Source of the DNA: Verrucomicrobiia bacterium
GTDB taxonomy: Bacteria; Verrucomicrobiota; Verrucomicrobiia; Limisphaerales; UBA1319
Length of the DNA: 64,000 bases
Direction of reading: 5' to 3'
NCBI GenBank assembly: GCA_963664225.1
Contig: OY760937.1
Location: forward strand, 3,168,001-3,232,000
The notes beneath the pieces are model-generated. The model had not been told where the DNA came from, did not search any database, and worked only from the letters and a program-made list of their open reading frames with translations. The translations under genes and the position numbers were made by a program. This document shows positions 1-8,294 of the stretch, one piece after another (positions within the stretch are counted from its first letter, which is position 1; the number at the start of each line of letters is the position of its first letter).

Positions 1-3000
1 GCGGTCTTTCCGATATTTGTGACGCTATTTGGGATGTTAACACCCGTCAGGTTTGAGCAGTTTCGAAATGTGTCATATCCAATGCTTGTCACGCTATCCG
101 GGAGCGTGATGTTGCCAAGGCCGCTGCAATCAGAGAACATCGAATCCATGATGTTTGTGATCCCGTTGGAAAGCGTGACATTCGTCAGCCCATAGCAATA
201 ACCAAACGCGCCTGATCCAAGACTCGTGACGCTGTTGGGGATTACGACCTCCGTCAAACGCCCGCAATCGAAAAACACATACGCACCAATGTTGGTAACG
301 CTATTGGGAATCGTGATCCCTGTCAGATTGGTACAATTTCTAAACGCGTTATTCCCGATAATCGTCACTGGTTTACCTCCAATCGCATCCGGGATGGTCA
401 CGTTGCCGCCGGGGCCGGTGTATCCGGTGATGGTGGCGGAAACGTCGTTGGTGGTGTAGGTGAAATCGGTAATTGGGGATTGTTCGACCCACAACGCGGT
501 CGGGCGTCCCGCATATTTCGTTCCCCAGCCGGTGGTGCCCGCGCGGTAATAGACGGTGACGTTGGGGGCGGTATCAAACAGACCCTGTGCGACGTTTGTC
601 GGCGCATTGCCGTTAAAGTAAACCCCTGTCAGACGGGTGCAGCCATAGAACGCAAACCCATCGATCAGGGTGGCGCTGTTGGAGATCGTGACACTCGTCA
701 AATTGGAACAACCCGCAAAGGCCCCGCCAATTATGTTGGTCACGCTTCCAGGGATGATGACGCTTGTCAGATTGGTGCGGTCGGCGAACGCCAAATCTCC
801 AATGGCCGCGACCGGGAGTCCGAGAATTGTAAGTGGGATGGTCAAGGCACCCCCGGAACCTACGTAGCCGGTGATCGTGGTGGTGGTTGCATTTTGCTTA
901 AAGGCGAAACCACGAACACCAGGATCAGAAATTGGCGCGGTAGGCACGCCGCCATAGCTGGAGCCCCAGCCGGTGATTCCCGCGTTGTAATATACCGTTT
1001 TTTCCCTGATATTAATATTCAAATAGTTTGGAGGCCCTGGAAACCTGGGCGGATTCCCTTCAAAATAAAGGTCCGTCAGGTTCGAGCAACCACTGAAGGA
1101 ATTGCCATCCAGCCAGAGGACACTATTGGGGAGTTTAATGCTGCTCAAACTGGTGCAACTGCCGAACGCATACTTATCCAGCTTCGTGACGCTTGAGGGT
1201 ATTGCTACATTCGTTAATGAAGCACAGCCGGAGAATGCCCCCTGCCCAATGGTTGTGATTCCGTAGGGGATGGCAAGATCGGCCAGGCGTGAACAGTTGG
1301 CGAATACATTGCTTTGGAGCGTTGTTACATGGCCTGAAATCAGCACGTTGGTCAGATTGGTGCAACCGTAAAACGACGTGGTTCCGAGTGCCGTGACGCT
1401 TCCCGGCATTTTAACGCTTTCCAATCTGGTGGAACCGAGAAATGCTGATCCCCAGATTTGCGCGACGCTGTCCGGGATTATGTAATTGGCTGTGTTGGCC
1501 GCTGGAAATTGATAGAGGACAGTCTGGTCCTTATTAAACAGAACGCCATCGATGCTGCTGTAGGCTGTGTTAAGAGGATCCACTGAAATGGTGATTAAAC
1601 TCGAACATCCACTGAACGTATTAATGCCGAGGTTGATAACGCTGGCCGGAATGTCAACATTCGTCAGGCTGGAGCAGTCGGCAAACATGGAAAAGCCGAG
1701 GTTCCGGATGCCATTGGGAATGGAGACACTCAGCAAGCTGGAGCACCCGACAAACTCATACGAGCCAATGTTCGTAACGCTATTGGGGATGTAAATATTC
1801 GTCAGACCCGCGCACCCGGCAAAGGCTCCGTTCATAATAGCGGAAATACCGTCGGGTATCGAATAATCTCCAGCCACGCCAAGCGGGTACTGAACCAAGT
1901 TCTGGCTCTTGTCGAACAATACGCCGTCCTTGCTGAAGTAAACGGGATTTGAATTATCCACGGTGATAGACATCAGATCGGTGCATTTATAGAACACATA
2001 ACCGTCAATGTTCGTGACGCTGGCTGGGATATTTAAATAGGTCAGACCAGTGCAATCACTAAATGCATTACGCAAAATGCCAACAACGCCATTGGGGATC
2101 GTTGCATTGGTCAGACCCCTGCATGCTTCAAATGCAGATTCACCAATCGTGATAACGCTGGTGGGCATCGTAATCCCTGTCAGGTTCGTGGAATACCTAA
2201 ACGCCGAATTCCCTATGCTGGTCACAGGTTTGCCCTCAATGATGTCCGGGATGATCACATTGCCGCCGGGGCCGGTGTATCCGGTGATGGTGGCCGACGT
2301 GGCGTTGGTCGTGTAGGTGAAATCAGTAATAGGGGATTGCTCGACCCACAACGCGGTCGGCCTTCCTCCGTAGGTGGATCCCCAACCTTTGGCACCCGCA
2401 CGATAATACACCGTCACCTGGTCAGACCCCAAAAACACACTGCTATTATAGGACAAGGGATATGAATTGCCTTCGAAATAAACCGCCTGCAAAGCGGCAC
2501 AGTGTGAGAACGCAGAATCTCCGATCTTGATGACGCTTTTAGGAATGGTGAGGCGCGTCAGATTGGCACAACCCGAGAAGGCAGCAGTTAGAATATTTGT
2601 AACGCTCGAGGAAATCGTTACGTTCGTGAGACTGGCGCAACCGTAGAAAGATGAACTGTTGAGGATGGTGACGCCTTCTGGAACTGTAAAGTTGCCAGCC
2701 TTGCCCGCCGGACAACAAATGAGCAAAGTGTGGCTCTTGTTGAACAATACACCATCAACACTGGAATAGGCCGTGTTGAGGGAGTCCACAGTAATTGCCG
2801 ATAGACTGGAACAGTTCATGAATGCGGTATTTCCAATGCTCGTGACGGCTTTGGGAATCGTTACATTCGTAAGGCTATTACACGAGAAAAATGCCTGCAT
2901 TCCGATATTCGTGACACCATTGGGAATTCTTACATGCGCCAGGTTGGAACAGCAAAAGAAAGCGTAATTCCCAATATAGTTCAGGCTGCCAGGCAGCGTA

Positions 3001-3344
3001 ACTTCCGTCAAGCCACTGCAAGAGTAAAACGCTTCAATTCCGATCACCGAAACACTGTCGGGAATTGTGACATTCGTCACACCAATACAACCAAAAAATG
3101 CCCCAGCCCCTATACTGGTGACTTTCTTGCCGAGAATGGAGTCTGGAATGATAATGTTGCCGCCTGGGCCGTTGTATTTGGTTATACCGGCGGTTGAACC
3201 ATTGGCAAAATAAGTGAAATCGCCAAAGGTGTCGGCTCGCCCCAAGGTGAGCAGGCCGGATAAAACAAGGAGGATGGGGATGGCAAGCCACTGCGTGACG
3301 GTCATGGTTTGGAGAACACTTCCGTTGCTCATCGTTTTTCTCAT
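1..3344 (-). CDS. BspA-type (LRR_5) leucine-rich repeat surface protein, multi-module; 3' end runs off the window
   Basis: Absent from the ORF track, presumably because it has no stop in the window. Manual translation of the N-terminus: MRKTMSNGSVLQTMTVTQWLAIPILLVLSGLLTLGRADTFGDFTY..ITKYNGPGGNIIIPDSILGKKVTSIGAGAFFGC. Many 'LTxVTIPxSVTxIGxxAFxxC' repeats. The same frame is seen at position 1. Start could be 3344, 3332 or 3305. Confidence 0.9.
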   Translation of the reverse strand, partial: MRKTMSNGSVLQTMTVTQWLAIPILLVLSGLLTLGRADTFGDFTYFANGSTAGITKYNGPGGNIIIPDSILGKKVTSIGAGAFFGCIGVTNVTIPDSVSVIGIEAFYSCSGLTEVTLPGSLNYIGNYAFFCCSNLAHVRIPNGVTNIGMQAFFSCNSLTNVTIPKAVTSIGNTAFMNCSSLSAITVDSLNTAYSSVDGVLFNKSHTLLICCPAGKAGNFTVPEGVTILNSSSFYGCASLTNVTISSSVTNILTAAFSGCANLTRLTIPKSVIKIGDSAFSHCAALQAVYFEGNSYPLSYNSSVFLGSDQVTVYYRAGAKGWGSTYGGRPTALWVEQSPITDFTYTTNATSATITGYTGPGGNVIIPDIIEGKPVTSIGNSAFRYSTNLTGITMPTSVITIGESAFEACRGLTNATIPNGVVGILRNAFSDCTGLTYLNIPASVTNIDGYVFYKCTDLMSITVDNSNPVYFSKDGVLFDKSQNLVQYPLGVAGDYSIPDGISAIMNGAFAGCAGLTNIYIPNSVTNIGSYEFVGCSSLLSVSIPNGIRNLGFSMFADCSSLTNVDIPASVINLGINTFSGCSSLITISVDPLNTAYSSIDGVLFNKDQTVLYQFPAANTANYIIPDSVAQIWGSAFLGSTRLESVKMPGSVTALGTTSFYGCTNLTNVLISGHVTTLQSNVFANCSRLADLAIPYGITTIGQGAFSGCASLTNVAIPSSVTKLDKYAFGSCTSLSSIKLPNSVLWLDGNSFSGCSNLTDLYFEGNPPRFPGPPNYLNINIREKTVYYNAGITGWGSSYGGVPTAPISDPGVRGFAFKQNATTTTITGYVGSGGALTIPLTILGLPVAAIGDLAFADRTNLTSVIIPGSVTNIIGGAFAGCSNLTSVTISNSATLIDGFAFYGCTRLTGVYFNGNAPTNVAQGLFDTAPNVTVYYRAGTTGWGTKYAGRPTALWVEQSPITDFTYTTNDVSATITGYTGPGGNVTIPDAIGGKPVTIIGNNAFRNCTNLTGITIPNSVTNIGAYVFFDCGRLTEVVIPNSVTSLGSGAFGYCYGLTNVTLSNGITNIMDSMFSDCSGLGNITLPDSVTSIGYDTFRNCSNLTGVNIPNSVTNIGKT

Positions 3345-3398
3345 GCAAGCGTTGTATCACGCAATGAGACGCTTGCAATAACTGTTTTGCCCTGCCTG

Positions 3399-3549
3399 AG
3401 GTGCAGGAAAAAATTCTTCGGCAAGCGAGAAAGTCCTTATGAAGGGCATGTGAGTCTATACGAAACAAATATAGCAAGAGTTTCGGGATTGGCCGGGCGC
3501 CGATTGAGGGTCCGGCAAAAGTCAGATCTGAAAGGACGACCGCCCTCAT
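3399..3549 (+). mobile_element. Left end of MITE family (degenerate TIR AGGTGCAGGAAAAAATTC)
   Basis: Near-identical to 16071-16220; matching right end not found. Confidence 0.6.
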
Positions 3550-4078
3550 GGAATGACGACCGCCCTCCCCATGAACCCAAAGTGGGGTGTCTTTCGTTAC
3601 AAGTTACATGGAAAGAAGTGGGTGAAGAAACATCAACATGGATAGGCAGGATGAGCAGGATATTTGACCACTGATATCACGGACGAGAAAGGAAATGGAT
3701 AATTGAGAATTTTAAAAAAAGACAAACATCCAATGGATGGGGATAGGCAGGGGAAAATCCGCAGATGAAACTGAGAAACGCAGATTAGGAGAACGAGAAG
3801 AGGGTGGATTTTGAAACCGCGAATGAACGTCAATAATTGGGGATCGGGAAAAAGGAATTGAACCACGAAATATGCGAAATGGAAAAAAGGATTGACGCAC
3901 GCCCTCATCCCGACCTTCTCCCCCAGGAGAAGGAGTAGTGTTGCGAGCCCTGGATTTATTGAACGGTTTGGAGGATGCCGCCGCGTGGGGTTGGTATAGG
4001 AGGAAAATATTAGTTGGTATGGAAAAAAGGATTGACGCACGCCCTCATCCCGACCTTCTCCCCCAGGAGCAACGGTAT

Positions 4079-5002
4079 TTAATTTGAGAGTGCAAAATCT
4101 GCGTTTTTGAGGATTTGGTTCATCAGGACAATGAGTTTGCGCATGACGGCGGTGAGCGCGACTTTGGCGGGCTTGCCCGCCAATCGGAGTCGTTCGTAGA
4201 ACTCCTTGAGTTGGCGATTGCAGCGCGCAGCCACCAGGGCGGCCATGTAGAGGGCACGTCTAACGGCGGCTCTTCCGCCACCGATGGAGCGGCGGCCTTG
4301 CCACTGGCCGCTTTCTCGAGGATGTGGAGCCAGTCCGGCCAAGGCGGCGGCCTGCCCCCGATTGAGCGTGCCCAACTCGGGCAGCTCAGCCAAAACCCCC
4401 AAGGCGGTAATCGCGCCCACCCCGGTGATGGCTTCGAGTTTTTTTGCGCGTTCATCCAGTTCTGTGGTTTTCTGGCGCAGCGCTTTGAGTTGGGTCTCGA
4501 TATGCTCCAGATCCCGTTCCAATCGACGCAGCAGGCTCTGGGCCTGGCGGCGCAACTTGGGCAGCGTGAGGCGTTCGATCTGATGGCGCTGGCTAATAAG
4601 CAGATCAAGGATCTGAGTGCGGCGGCGAACCAGTTCGGTCAACTGCTCCTCCACCTCGGAACGCGCGGGCGTGGGTTTGGGGGCGAAGGCCTGCCCATAG
4701 GCGGAGAGGACGGCGGCATCTATACGGTCGGTTTTGGCCCGTTGTCCCTGGGCGCGGGCGGGATTGATGATGCTGACAGGAATGCTGGCATGATGGAGGG
4801 CGTCAGCCACCTCACGCTCGTAGCCGCCGGTGGCTTCACAGATGACGTGAGCGCCGGGATGCTGCGCCAGGAGTTTGACGAGCTGGCGATGACCGGCGGC
4901 GGTATTGGGCAGATGGTGGGAACGACCGGCCAGTTGGAGATCAAGACTCAGCTTGGCAATATCCAAACCAGCGTAGATAGTGGTCATAGTGTTCTGGCTC
5001 AT
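4079..5002 (-). CDS. IS110 transposase/bridge recombinase (DEDD RuvC-like + Tnp domain)
   Basis: Motifs GLDIAK, CEATGGYE, AKTDRID, GLAPHPRESG, GGRAAVRRALYM. Confidence 0.93.
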   Translation of the reverse strand: MSQNTMTTIYAGLDIAKLSLDLQLAGRSHHLPNTAAGHRQLVKLLAQHPGAHVICEATGGYEREVADALHHASIPVSIINPARAQGQRAKTDRIDAAVLSAYGQAFAPKPTPARSEVEEQLTELVRRRTQILDLLISQRHQIERLTLPKLRRQAQSLLRRLERDLEHIETQLKALRQKTTELDERAKKLEAITGVGAITALGVLAELPELGTLNRGQAAALAGLAPHPRESGQWQGRRSIGGGRAAVRRALYMAALVAARCNRQLKEFYERLRLAGKPAKVALTAVMRKLIVLMNQILKNADFALSN

Positions 5003-5222
5003 TCTTGTAAATACGAGCAGGCCTTGGTGGGCCGCTCAAGCAACGGTTCGAGTTTAGGACACAGGCACGAACGGCTCTGGCTCCTCGCGCATTTGGTTAA
5101 AAACCAATGCAAGAAGGAAACGAGCTCGTCCGCGCCACTGTCCTGCCGCCTGCAGGCGGCAGGACAGTTCCATCTATTCCGTCTTTTCAAACAAAACAAG
5201 AATAGATGGAAAATCAGATACA
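5003..5222 (-). ncRNA. Putative bridge RNA of IS110 #1
   Basis: Hairpins at 5138-5167 and 5168-5211; target and donor guide segments match the junction sequences (see findings). Confidence 0.8.
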
Positions 5223-5624
5223 AGAAGGAGGAGTATTGGGAGATGTCGGTGTGTTTGGATGGTTTGGGAGGTGCCGCCGCGTGGGTTTGGTATAGGAGGA
5301 AAATATCAGTTGGTATGGAAAAAAGGAATGACGCACGCCATCATCACGGCTAAGCGCTGGCATCCCTGCCAGGATGCTTGAAGGGAATTGTTTGAATGGG
5401 AGAAGGGAAGAATGTGGGTTTTACGAATTAGAGCAGGCCATCGGATTATCGAGAGGGCTAGAAATATTCAAGCTTCCCTCCATTTGAATGGTGCGCCGTC
5501 TAAAGACGGGACTCCATACCCCGGAACGCCGCGCGCCGAGAATGACGTCACCCATGGCATTACACTTTTGGCTGCAGGATCGTTGGTTTCCAGACCAGGG
5601 GATTAGAGTGGGTTTGAGACGGTG

Positions 5625-5670
5625 AGCGGATTGGAAATCCGCGATACGGCAGGTTTGAAACCTGCGCTAC
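5625..5670 (-). repeat. GTAG-type REP-like double hairpin
   Basis: Minus strand reads GTAGCGCAGGTTTCAAACCTGCCGTATCGCGGATTTCCAATCCGCT. Confidence 0.65.
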
Positions 5671-5761
5671 GGGTTGCGGTGTGGACGCGCGGGGGATTGA
5701 TTAAGTGTATGGCATGCCGTTGCGCTTTTTGGCCGAAAAGGTTCGTTAAACAGGTTCCAAC

Positions 5762-5793
5762 AAAAAAGGGGCTGCCGTTGTGGTGGCAGCCCC
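5762..5793 (-). terminator. Intrinsic terminator of the beta-CASP gene
   Basis: GGGGCTGCC..GGCAGCCCC stem followed by a T-tract on the minus strand. Confidence 0.8.
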
Positions 5794-5816
5794 ATGCGTC
5801 ATGTTTCAGAAGAGGA

Positions 5817-7193
5817 TCAGATCTCCACGGTCTGGCCGGGAGTCGGCTCGAGAATCTTGATCCGCGGATGACGGGCGTGAATCTCCTGCTTGAACCATGC
5901 GATGGATTCGTCCTGGCCGTGGCCGAGGACAATGGTGCGCGGGTTCACCTGCGCGACAAAATCCATCATGTCATTGCGGTTGGCATGGGCGGTAAGATCG
6001 AAAATATCCATTTCGCATTTGCGGGTGAGTTCACCGGCTGATTTGCTAAAGAGGAAGGTATCGCCCGGTTTGGTGATTTTGAGGTGACCGCCGGGGGTGT
6101 CGGGATCCGCGTAGCCCACGAAGAAAATGGCGTGCTTTTCATCGCTCATGATCCGCACCGCCAGGTCGTGCGCGGCGGTGTTCTCGCTCATCATTCCCGA
6201 GGTCACCACAAAGATGCGGCCGCCGGTAAGGCGCATTTTCTGGGCCTGACCGGATTCGAGCACCTGCAGATCGAGGGCTTCATTGAGCATCAACGCGCTG
6301 TGCTGGCGGCAGGTGCGGTGGGCCTCCAGGTCGTAGATTTCCGTAAAGACGCGTCCCAGGCCGCCAATATAGATGGGTTGGCGCTTGAGTTTGCCCTCCC
6401 GCATCATCAATGCCAGCATGGCCAATACTTCCTGTGTCCGCCCCAGGGCGAATGAAGGAATCAGCACGCTGCCCTTGCGCTTGAGAACCTTTTGAATGGA
6501 CTCGGCGAGGCGCTGGACCTCGTTATCCCGGGAAAATCCGGGCGGCAACGCGCGGCTGCCCCGGGTGGTTTCCATGAGGAGGACATCCGCCTGAACTTCC
6601 TGGCACCGGGCGCCGCGGAGCAGGGTCTGGTCATGGAAACAGATATCGCCGGTGTAGAAAAACGTCTCTTTGCTGCCGCGAACCATGACTCCGGCGGAGC
6701 CGAGGGTGTGGCCGGCGTCGAAGAATTCGAGCGTGGGCGAGGTGAGGCCGGCGCGGGATTTGTGAAACGCGGCCCATTCGATTTCGCGATTGTAGCGGAA
6801 CCCCTGGAACCGGGCCGAGAGTTCGTCCACCTCGTCATGGTCATAGAGCGGATAATCGGGGATGCCCAGCTCGGTGCGCTGGCGGGTCATGACATTGACC
6901 GAGTTATGCAAAATCCGTTCGACCACGTAATAGCTCAAGTCGGTCATCAGGACGTGCGCGCGGGGAAACTGACGCATGGCCAGCGGCAGGGAGCCGACAT
7001 GATCGTGGTGGCAATGGGATATGGCGATGGCGTCCACATCCTCTTTTTTGATCTGACCGTAGAGCGGCAGGCTGTCTGTGCCTTCGCGTTTGGGGTGGGT
7101 TCCGGCATCCAGGAGCAGTCGATTGTCCTGAATATTCAACAACCACGCGCTGGCGCCAATCTCCTTTGCGGGGTTTAAATTCGTAATTCGCAT
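5817..7193 (-). CDS. MBL-fold beta-CASP ribonuclease (YSH1/CPSF73-like)
   Basis: Motifs SHCHHDHVG, AGHTLGS, YTGD, PSFALGRTQE, TAHAN, GHG. Confidence 0.9.
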   Translation of the reverse strand: MRITNLNPAKEIGASAWLLNIQDNRLLLDAGTHPKREGTDSLPLYGQIKKEDVDAIAISHCHHDHVGSLPLAMRQFPRAHVLMTDLSYYVVERILHNSVNVMTRQRTELGIPDYPLYDHDEVDELSARFQGFRYNREIEWAAFHKSRAGLTSPTLEFFDAGHTLGSAGVMVRGSKETFFYTGDICFHDQTLLRGARCQEVQADVLLMETTRGSRALPPGFSRDNEVQRLAESIQKVLKRKGSVLIPSFALGRTQEVLAMLALMMREGKLKRQPIYIGGLGRVFTEIYDLEAHRTCRQHSALMLNEALDLQVLESGQAQKMRLTGGRIFVVTSGMMSENTAAHDLAVRIMSDEKHAIFFVGYADPDTPGGHLKITKPGDTFLFSKSAGELTRKCEMDIFDLTAHANRNDMMDFVAQVNPRTIVLGHGQDESIAWFKQEIHARHPRIKILEPTPGQTVEI

Positions 7194-7373
7194 TTTTAAT
7201 TCATACCAAGGGCGCAGCGGAAAGTTTCATCACAACAGAGGAATGAAGCGGATCGACCGGGCTCTTGGTTACAAGATTCCAATAAAACAACGGCCTACTC
7301 TAAGCGCATAAGCGCCTCTGCGCAATGGAAAACAAAATCGCAAACGGTTCGGGTCGCCTGAAATGCCGCGCCA

Positions 7374-8231
7374 GGGCGCAGGACACGATTCAGGATTGTG
7401 GAAGACTGCCATGGCAGTGCGCTGTTTTAAATCGGTTTTGCGGCAACGGCAGAACCGGCTTGCGGGGATCGCGGCGAAATTGAAACCGCCCGATTCAATA
7501 ACACCGTAAGCCGGTCAGGAGACCGGCGCTCGTGTGTCTGGCAGGTATTGGATCTATTGGGATGAAAGGAGCCCAACGGGGGCGGTGACGCCAACCGTAG
7601 CGGTAGGCCAGGTTCGATCCGCGAGGGTCGGACGCGAAAGGGCCGAGAGCAAAGGCGCGACCGTAGGAACACGAACGGGCAGTGAGGCCGGGTGCGTGGG
7701 TTAGCTGGCGAGTAACGGCGAAACCCAAAGGTCATCCAAACGCATCAGGTAGAGCCCGGCGGCGCGCGCCGACAGAGTCAATACCGACCCAGAGAGATCT
7801 GTCCCGTGAGAGCGGGACAGAAGTCAGCAGAGGCCATAGTAGTGATGAGGCCCGGTGAAAGCCGGGAGGAGCGAAGGGCCGAAGGAACAAACGGAGCCAA
7901 CCAAGGCGTTGGACATGAGGACGAGTGATGGAATGAAGCAACAGGACGCAACAATTACGGTTACCATCCTGGCACTGGCAAACGGCGGGCCCAACGCTGG
8001 AAGCGCCCAACCCGTCGAAGTATTCCGGGGTCACATGTCTGCACGACTGGGAAGGAAGAACTCTGAATGTTCCAACCGCCGGATGCGAGAAAACCGCACG
8101 TCCGGTGGTGTGGGAGGGTGCCGGGGCGAAATCCCTGGCACCCGACCCGATCGAAGTCACCTGGCGCCCTATATAGTTATAGGACGTTTCAAGGCCTTTT
8201 TCCATTTCCTGAAGAATTTTGTCACGCACCC
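7374..8231. mobile_element. MITE-family copy containing the group II intron
   Basis: Left GGGCGCAGGACACGATTC; right GAAGAATTTTGTCACGCACCC. 238 bp without the intron, versus 235 bp for the 11237 copy without its IS110. TSD not conserved. Confidence 0.6.
7532..8151 (+). mobile_element. ORF-less group IIC intron (620 nt)
   Basis: 5' GTGTG; IIC-typical AAGTCAGCAGAGGCCATAGTA and GAAGGGCCGAA. D5 ACCGCCGGATGCG..CGCACGTCCGGTGGT at 8075-8109 with CGC triad; D6 with bulged A (~8145); ends CCCGAT. No RT ORF. Confidence 0.88.
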
Positions 8232-8294
8232 TTCGCCATTTTGGCATGCGTTGACACCTGGGGGGTGGGCTGTTAGCGTAATTGTCTTATAAAA

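Larger units (their letters stand above)
4070..5224 (-). mobile_element. IS110-family element (IS621-like, CT core)
   Basis: Removing 4070-5224 restores CCCCAGGAG|AAGGAGGAG, seen empty at 16241 and nearly identical at 3928. The AG/CT core is present at both ends, and the left end starts CTTGTAT. Confidence 0.9.
3881..5339 (+). repeat. Tandem ~140-bp REP-like units (CCCTCATCCCGACCTTCTCCCCCAGGAGAAGG); second unit interrupted by IS110
   Basis: GGAAAAAAGGA(T/A)TGACGCACGCC recurs at 3881, 4021 and 5317. The core is also at ~16214-16250. Confidence 0.85.

Noticed and set aside
4070..4100. Circle-junction promoter for IS110 #1
   Set aside because: The best alignment, CTCAAA-N17-TATCTG, is too weak to claim.
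7365..8240. Target-site duplication around the intron-bearing MITE
   Set aside because: Flanks GCCGCGCCA and TTCGCCATT do not match; the element is called on TIRs and size only.
7855..8292. Intron-encoded protein
   Set aside because: No RT motifs; the ORF reads through D5/D6 and out of the intron.
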